Made by a program: the position numbers and the translations under genes
Shown here: positions 55,494 through 64,000 of the stretch, piece after piece
How positions within the stretch are numbered: position 1 is the stretch's first letter
How the letters are laid out: every line of letters begins with the position of its first letter
From: Cycas panzhihuaensis
Lineage: Eukaryota; Plantae; Cycadophyta
DNA: 64,000 nt
Assembly (NCBI GenBank): GCA_023213395.1
Contig: CM041465.1
Span: forward strand, 89,349,741-89,413,740
Direction of reading: 5' to 3'
Notes under the pieces: generated by a model
Database searches by the model: none
Told to the model about the DNA's origin: nothing
What the model saw: the letters and a program-made list of their open reading frames with translations, nothing else

Positions 55494-58400
55494 TGAAGGA
55501 ACAATAGTAGTAGGAGAACAGGGCAGAACATATATCAAATAACCATAAACTAATATTGCATTAATACATCAATGTATCACAATCACAATAGCATAAAAAC
55601 ATGAAAGTATTGTTGTTCAATCCATTGTAGCAAAAAAAAGTAATATAAATTTCGCATATGAGGGCGGTGTCTAAAGACACCAGGGTTGTACACCCCATAA
55701 TATAAATAGTTTTGGGGGAGGAGGAAAACTCCTCAACCCCTGAATTCAAAATAACAATAAAATAATGTAACTTAACTCAACTAAACTAACTCAAATTAAC
55801 ATTAACTTACCTTAACTTACCTTGACATGTTAAGCATCACATGTCTAAATTGAGGTGCACAATCCTAGTAGGTAAGAGGGAGTTGAGTGATGACATTACA
55901 CTTCAACAGAAGAAATGGTTAAAGGGTATATAGTTAAATCATTAGGTTGTAAGTGGGTACAAGTTTGAGTCCTTTCAACTCACCCTCACAAAGCACACAC
56001 ACACTTTTTAGATTAGTTACTCTTTTTTAAAAACACTTTTATCATTTTTAATTCTTATATGTATGCTTTAATTAACACCACTATTAAGGTATGGATGCAC
56101 CCTCATTTAACTTGTTTTAGGGAGCTCTTTTAAGATCTTAAATCCACATATATTCACTCATATTCAACATTCAAATATGCTTTCTAGTGGATACTAAATG
56201 ATCCTATTTATTATATATAATACTTCACACTTTTGATTAATTAAATATGTATATATGTAAAGGTAAAAGTGAACTTTAGAAGGTATTACATATTGATCGT
56301 TAAATATCATATTTTGGTCAAGTTTTGATGAGTTTGTAAGCTTGTAAGTACACATATATCATACACATTATAAAGAGGAAATAGATCACTTGTATACACT
56401 TTATAGATGGCTTCATTTTAACACTTGATGACAACCCTCAAATCCCTTTAAAATGAAGCCCTGTAATTTATGATTCTTTAATCAACTTCTAATAAGTATT
56501 CAAGTGAATAAACTTACAGACATATACTTCTAAAAACACATTCATTTTATAAGGACAAGAATAAAATTTAAAGACGTAACATTATGATTATTGAATGACA
56601 TATTCTCATCCATTACTATGATTTTCTAATCAAATTGAATTTTATATTTCATAAAGAATTTTGATGCATGAAATATGTCTAAGGTTTAGAAAGTAAAGGA
56701 TCTTTTATTCCTTGGTTAAATCATCATTTTCTTGACATATATTAAAATTTAAGAGAATTAAGTGCTCATGTGGTTCTCCTCGTGTAGGACATAGGTAAGT
56801 ATTTTCAAACCTATATATAGGTATAAAATTAGATTTTATAATTATTAATGTACTTATAGGTTAGGGGGAAAACTACTTGAATTCACATTTTATTTTGCTA
56901 AAATAAAATGAACTGAAGGTAAGGGAATATGTTGCATTTTCATGTAGTTTGATTTTGATTTTTTTTTTGACATAGAAAAATAAAGTTAAATGATAAAATT
57001 TTTACTTCATTTAGCTATGTTGGTATATAGGTGCATTGGGGGTTTTAGATTATATTTTCATTTCAATTTTAGAATAACTCTTATAGGAGTTAAGGCAAAC
57101 ATTATTGGAAAAAAAAATTACAAATATATATTAAAAGTAGCATAAAAATTTTTATTTTTATTATATAATTACATATGATGAATTCAAGATTTGGTAGATC
57201 CTTGATGCCACCTCCTACTTCTATCTACGTGTATCATTCAATCGACATCTTAGGCTATGACTTTTTATTGAACTAGAATTTTGAAATGAGTCATCATCAT
57301 CAAAGTGTTTCCATTTTATAAATTCGTCAGTGTTACTTAGGATCCTTGAGTATGCCTTAAGTATTTATAAAGTCCAAGTCATATTTTATTACTCTTACAA
57401 TGACATTATTGGGATAAGACCTTGTATAATAGTGGGGCCCTATAGCGTGCCAAGCCCTCATCTAGCTAGGGTTAATTCCCTAGTAGGGATATGATCATAT
57501 TGGTGTATTTTACTTGTTAAGACCTATCCATAAAAACCTAGGCTATTAAGTAACTTTATGTTACTAATTAGGCTATGTGTATACCAAAGAGTAAGTGGGT
57601 TGACTCTATGCTCACTCTTTAGGAGTGTGTCATAAAGTTATGGCTAGTTAAGTAGCATTCCCTAAAGAGACTATAGGGGCATTTATCTTGCCACTCCCTA
57701 TACTATTCAATATTACTTAAGGTATTTTATGGTTTACCTTAGAGTTCATCACCATGGTTGGTGATGATGATTTTAATAGGGGTTGAGGTTGTATCTTGTA
57801 GGGGAGCCCATCTAGTAATCCTTGGTTAGAGGAGTGTACAGGTAGCTTTAAAGACTTTAGGTCAATCTTCCCTACCTTATTGTAGAAAAATATCAACATG
57901 ATAGCCTAGTGTTAGTGTAGTGGGTCAAGCCCCCACCAATTAAGTCAATTTTATTTTATTATTTATTTGTTTATTTGTTCATTAGGTTATTTAAATCCTT
58001 AGATTGATTATTTCATATTTTGATTAAGTGACACATAGTTCACTATCGTTCAATCGAGAACCCCCCTTTTAATCTTATTTCTAACTCATAAAATATTAAC
58101 CTAAATATGATCTTAGTCTCATACTAGGTGTTTAAGTTATTTTAGGTGGAAATTGAGGGTATTATATTGTTTTATCGGTATTTTTCTAGTGATCATATTG
58201 GGGAATTGAATTGTAGTCTAGTAGCTTGTCACCTATCCCTTCCCTTTCTTTTATAATGGTGTATTAGTATCTTGGAGTTCCTGTTAATCCCAATAGATTT
58301 TCTTAATAATTGAGAGTTTTATCTCCTCTTTATTCTTATACAGTTAAGGAGGATTTTGTCCCTTATTAATCAATAAATCTATATCTTTCACCTCATAGTT

Positions 58401-58619
58401 TTACCACTTCATCTATCTCATATTTAGTGGAATTTATTATAACTTACTTATTTTCTATCATCTAACATTACTCTTATCAAAGTCTAAAGGTTAATATTGA
58501 TTCAAAAGCTTGGAGTCAATCTCCTTCCCCAATTAAACCTAATATTAATAACTCAAAACCTCACTTTTGATGCCTTACTTATATTAGAATATCTCCCCTA
58601 GTCATACTTATATTTACGC

Positions 58620-58780
58620 TAGATATGCTAGCCATATCACTTGGTTTGCCTAAATTTTATGGCAAACTTGATGAGGATCTTGAAAAATATATTGATGCAT
58701 TTCTTAATATTACCCAAGTTTATCATAACTCTATATCGATATGATATTTTTTCATGCCATTTTAGGAAATACAAGTATAT
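58620..58780 (+). pseudogene. Gypsy gag N-terminal remnant
   Basis: Reads LGLPKFYGKLDEDLEKYIDAFLNIT, the typical LPKFxG..EDPxxHL motif. Confidence 0.6.
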
Positions 58781-61700
58781 ATCAGTTCATAAACTCTTAT
58801 ATAATTCTATAAATGATACTCAGTGTTTCCTATAGTCTAGAAGCTTCATAATCATGCTACCAATAGACAAGTGAAGGTATGTGCTTATTACTTTCTAAAT
58901 TAGCTTAATTTAGTTCTCTAACAAGTATATGATATCATTTGCCTACTCATATACTAGATGAATATGCATGTACTTAGTTGATAATGATTCCAACCATGGT
59001 CAATGGCTTAATAGTTGTCCATCCAAGCTCAATGAGTTAAGAATGACCTTTCAATACTTTTATAAGACACATTTTATCTTTCTTTTTCTCTTGTTTACTC
59101 CATTGTTCTGCTTAGTTTGCTCTTTTATCCATTTTATCATTGAAATTGATAATTTTCCATGCATTTTCATCCATACCACTAATATTTTTATCCATCCCAT
59201 TATGTTTTGCTGCTTATATTACTTTGATTTTTATCATCCCATTTTAATTTTTATTTGTATTTCAAAATTGGTACCATGATGTTCTTTGTGGTACTACGAA
59301 AATATAAACTTCATAGTATTATAGCAAACTTTATGGTGTCAACTTTATCACTTTAAATTTTTTTAGCCTATAGTTGGTCATGTATTTATGGCACCTAAAC
59401 CATGGCCCAATCCACTGTTTTATCAAATGCATGGGCTACCTATGAGTTTTGATCCAATGTGATGAGTCAATTAATACCACTAGTATTAATTAGCACCAAA
59501 ACCATGGGTAATTAGCCCATAGTTTTAGCCCATGGTTTTCCTCAATCTATGGGCCCCAAACCATGTGCCCTAGCCCTCCTTTTCTATGTATGTATTCCTT
59601 TTTTCATTAGAAAAGAGAGGTCAATTTTAGAGTGATTATGCTACCAAAATTTGGATAAAGCTTTCACTTTCATTTAAGTTTGTTTATTGGATTTCTTACT
59701 TGGCTTGGAGATGAAAGGCTAGCTAATGTCAGAGCACTCTAGGCTAGAGCAAATTATCATTAACATTTTTAATTTATTGAGAACTAGGATAACCCCCCCA
59801 CATAACTAGAAATTTCACCCTTTTGGCTAAGTATATTTCTGTTTCTTTTGATCATCAAATTATTGGGATAGTGCCCCTATTGGGGCAATTTCTAGAATTT
59901 TAGTATGTTAGAGTGTGGCAACACTTTTTTAGCATTTGTCAATGCTAAGAAACGATGGACCTTAAGTGGAGTGCCAATGTACTCTTGTTCCCTCCTATTT
60001 ATTCATGGGGTTCAAAGGCCCTAGTTTTCATCAACACCACTTATGTGTTAGATCTATTTGACTCTTGTTGTTCTTACCTTGTCTCATATGTATTTTACTC
60101 ATGATATCCTACATTTGTTATTAGAGATATGTGTATTGATATAATTTTAATAATGCATATGTATGTCATCCAACCTTATGATAGAATCTCTAAGTATTGC
60201 TAATTCATCCCTATATTTGGAGTGTGTCTCTTATCTATAAGAGCAATATCTCTCTATTACATTTAGATTGCATATTCCTACATTGAACTAAATAAGTGAA
60301 AAGTCATTTTACTTTATCTATTATATAAAATTCATCTCTCTTGTGCGACTTTATGGACATATTTACTTTTTTACATACACCTTCGAAACTAAAGCATCTT
60401 TAGATTTGATTTGTAATATTTATGTTTTCATATATGTAATGAGAGATTGATTGGTCTTTGATTGAGGCTATATAACCCTATATAGTTGCATAGTATGTAC
60501 CATAGATAACATATGTTTGATTTGGTTTATCCATTTATGTCGTAGTATACTTGTGTGAAATCCTCCCGCTGGTCTGATATTGATGTCTCATTTCTATGTG
60601 TTAACTAGTTGATAGATCATTTTACGATTTAGATTTGACTTTATTTGATACTAATTCATCCTCTAGTTGCATTCATATAGTCTACAACCTTCATTAATGT
60701 AGCATTGGTCATTCTATTTCCTTGCTTATTCTCATCTCATAGTTTTTTAATATCATATATGTCTATTGTAGTCTATTTAAAATCCTCACAACATTATAAT
60801 CTATGTGTTCTACTTTAACATTTGCATGTTAGTTAGTCATCTCTTCTTGATACATCAAGTCATCTGGTAATCTGTATTATGAAGCCATATGTTTTTGTTG
60901 CATGCGTCCTACATATTATCCATTGTCTCAAGACTAGTTCATCATTCATTGATGTGATTATGGTCTAAATTTCCTATTTGCTCTATTGAATATTTATATT
61001 AGTTTGGCTTATGTTTCTTAGCATTTTTGGTCATCCTAGTTTTCATTCAAATTTCAAAGTGTTAAGTCTTCCTAGCTCTTTATCATGTGTTTGTCTCCCA
61101 CATATTTGAGTTGAGTCCATTCGAATATCTAGTGTCTATATGAAGTTGAATGATATTTATACCTACTGGAGTCTATCTTTGGAAATAAGCATATCTCTAT
61201 AGTTCACATAATGTTAGGCATCTCATCTTTGTGGGTTGTCCAATTGATAATTTACATGATGCTTGTTTTATTTTATCTTAGGAAGGCCTACTACATTTTT
61301 TTCTTTTGCATCTTATGAGTTGCATTCATGTTTAAATCTCAGACATCTAGGGAATTATGTTTTTAAAATTTTATCTTATTGGGAGCATACCTTAAATTTT
61401 CTCTAGCAAAAAAACCTTTCACATATTCACAAACTCATTGGTGAAGCATTTGGCATGGTGTACTCTTCTCTACCATAACATATACATGTGTTAGTGGCCT
61501 TCATTCATCACGAGTTGAAAAGAGTAAGAGTAAGTAGGCCAAAATAGCCAAGCAAGTGTATAGTTTAAAATTAATAAAAAGGGACTAATAAAATCATTAT
61601 TTATTTAAGTATTTAATTCTTTAAAAATTTAATTATTTTTCATATTTTTCTAAGTTCTTCTTGCTTATAGTCCCCTTGTCATACAACTTATAAATCACGT

Positions 61701-63627
61701 ACAACAAACAAGTGACTAGACATTCCATTTTTTTAAAGGGGTTTAACTGCATTTTTAGAACCCTACGTCATTTTAAGTAATTGGTTCTACTTCAATAAAC
61801 ATTATTGTCATATGTGGGGCCTATTTTTAAACTCATTAGCTTAAGAGTAATCTTCACTTTCACTTGAACAAAATGAGTGGTCACATACTTATAGTAGGTT
61901 TACATTTAGTTGTCTATTTAATGAGTCGAATTTGATGTAACCTTTTTATTGCAGTTTATATATTAAATTTTACCTCCTTATACTGTTTAAGGTATAGCTT
62001 TGCTATAAAGTATCAGAATTAAGTGTCATTTGAAGTATTGAATTTGTATTTCAATTCTCTATAAAGTGAACAATTATTTATATTTTTTTAAAAATCATTT
62101 GATATGCTATTTTAATGTTCAAAGCTGATACAAGTTTGTGGGTTTCTTACAAGTTAACCCAATAAACAAACTTAGCATAAATTTCACTTTATAGTCATAA
62201 TTTAAAACAAAAATCTTTATTTTGGAGGAGTTTAAGTTCCAATTAGGATATGTTTCACCAAAATCTGGCCCTTGATCAATTTCTATATATCTTATTGATG
62301 GGTTTATTTCTTCATGCATGTATTTACTTATCAAATGAGTGCTAATAAACTATTTGGTATATATTATCATGACTTATAATAGAATTTAGATTGATTTTGG
62401 TGAAAGTTTATACTAGTATTAAAGATGATGTATAATTGAATGATGACGTATGTATGATGATATGTCCAATATGCCAAGGAGTGAAAACTATAGTAATAAA
62501 TCTTCCCCTACATTTATTCCAATTAACTTTTCCTTATACTTCACCTCTTTTTGTATCGTTTCTTCTTAATCTCAAGTTTCATTATTAATTTATGGTATTT
62601 TCTAAGCCTTGTTATCACTTTGAGCACCTCTTTTGAGTCTTATTTTACCTTTTCTAGAGTTGATCTTGTTTTATTTACTAAATAATGTTTAACATTTTTA
62701 TATTTCTTTCTTTGTCTTCTTTATTTCTTATTTCATTACATTTTTTACATTGTCAAAAATATGATTTTATTTATGAAACGTGATCAATCATGTTTTATAA
62801 ATAAAATCACATTTTTTACCCTTCATAAAATATGACCAATCATGTTTTATGAAGGAAATCACATTTTTTACTGTCACCCATGTAATTATTTTTAGTTAAG
62901 TGCATTATTTCCCTCTTAATCTCACTCACTATTGTCCAAATTTTATGCTCTTCACCTCCTTTTCTTGCCTAAGGACGCTAGACTTTGTAGATTTAAATGA
63001 TTAATGTATCTTTGTAAGGGAGAAAGAAAGGAAAGATAGAATAAAGAGAAAGGGATTTTATAGGCTTTGAAAATATTCCTGAGATTTTTTTTTAAGATTT
63101 ACTACAATGTTTAACTTTGGTAAGGCTTTCATTTAAGCTACAAACTTCCATTAGAAATAGAGTAATATTGTTTTAGCCTTTTACTTTGATTTTCATGGAT
63201 TGATATTCATAATATGCCTTTTTTTATGCCATCTTCACTATCTTTGTTCTAGTTGTTATTGTGGTTCTTTTTTCCTTGAAAAAACTTGGCTAAAAGGTGA
63301 ACCCTTTATGAGGCTTTTAGAGGTTAGTTGAGGTGAAGAGAAGATTGCATTTCCCCTCTTCACCATCATTCCATAGATCCCCCCTTTCGTTCTTTATAGT
63401 AGTCAAGTTTTTCTAAGAGATTTTGTCTCATCCTTCTTGTTTTGGTGGTGGTTTTGCTAAATCTTTGCCATTTCTCCTTTTTTACCTATTTTTTGAAAGG
63501 AAAAATGGTAAAGAATCAAATGAAAAGGAAGATGCTATGCCAAGGTATAAGTATAATCTCTTTCATTAGAATTTTCTATGGTTAGTTATTTTGGTTTCCT
63601 TGATTTTCCTTTTCCTCTTTTCTCATT

Positions 63628-63629
<2 letters not shown>

Positions 63630-63663
<34 letters not shown>

Positions 63664-63670
63664 GATAGAT
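63630..63670. repeat. (TG)n(AGAT)n microsatellite
   Basis: Directly visible. Confidence 0.95.
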
Positions 63671-64000
63671 AACATTGCATGTACTCCTAGTTTCTTTATT
63701 TTGTAAGAAATCAAGTACAATCAACAACTTCATGGTTGCATATCACTTAAATGAATGTTAGTTCACTTCATGCATTAGTATTTAAGTTTTCTATTGTTCA
63801 TGCAACTTAGATTTAAGCTTTCATGTTAAATCTTTAAAGTTACATTTATTATTAAAGTTATAAAAGGTTCATTTTTAGCCTTGCATGTTAGATTTTATGG
63901 TTCATCTTCTTTGTTGGAAAATATTTTATGGTTAAAAATATCACAACCTTCATCAAGATCACTCATGCAAGATGAAGAACTTTGATTTGCAAGAAGTTTC

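Larger units (their letters stand above)
49300..55908 (-). mobile_element. Non-autonomous Copia-derived LTR element (Gag-N-terminus only) with PBS-array LTRs
   Basis: ~580-bp near-identical LTRs 49300-49879 and 55328-55908; TSD GAAGA at 49295-49299 and 55909-55913; PBS rc ctctgatacca 55315-55325; PPT rc ttctccccctt 49880-49890; no pol. Confidence 0.95.

Noticed and set aside
61540-62000. Possible MITE or Mutator TIR (aagggacta...tagtcccctt)
   Set aside because: Only a short inverted match, with no TSD or partner terminus identified.

Overview
AT-rich, strongly CpG-depleted plant nuclear DNA, probably from a large-genome plant such as a gymnosperm (inference from LTR style and the C>T/G>A decay). 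It consists almost entirely of nested, degenerate retroelements, and I recognise no intact host gene or RNA gene. Resolved elements: two members of one old Copia family (1-10699 +, 36207-41839 -); a small LTR element nested in the first (419-6504 -, TSD ATAAC) that itself carries a truncated Tnt1/Tork-like Copia and a solo LTR; a 5'-truncated L1 LINE with RNase H (6856-8763); chromovirus (Gypsy) fragments; and four non-autonomous Copia-derived modules encoding only a Gag N-terminal-like ORF behind a long leader (17019-20824, 29361-35465, 45870-49247, 49300-55908). Most notable are (i) LTRs carrying an ABAB array of four extra tRNA-iMet PBS units, (ii) a TSD-bounded 9.9-kb chimera fusing the non-autonomous family to a Copia pol near the inferred U3/R boundary, (iii) a swappable CpG-retaining cassette with an antisense ORF in the leader, bounded by a conserved candidate splice acceptor, (iv) a covarying hairpin at the inferred R start of three LTR families, and (v) a candidate spliceosomal intron inside a Copia gag. 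All alignments were made by eye, so boundaries without TSDs are approximate.
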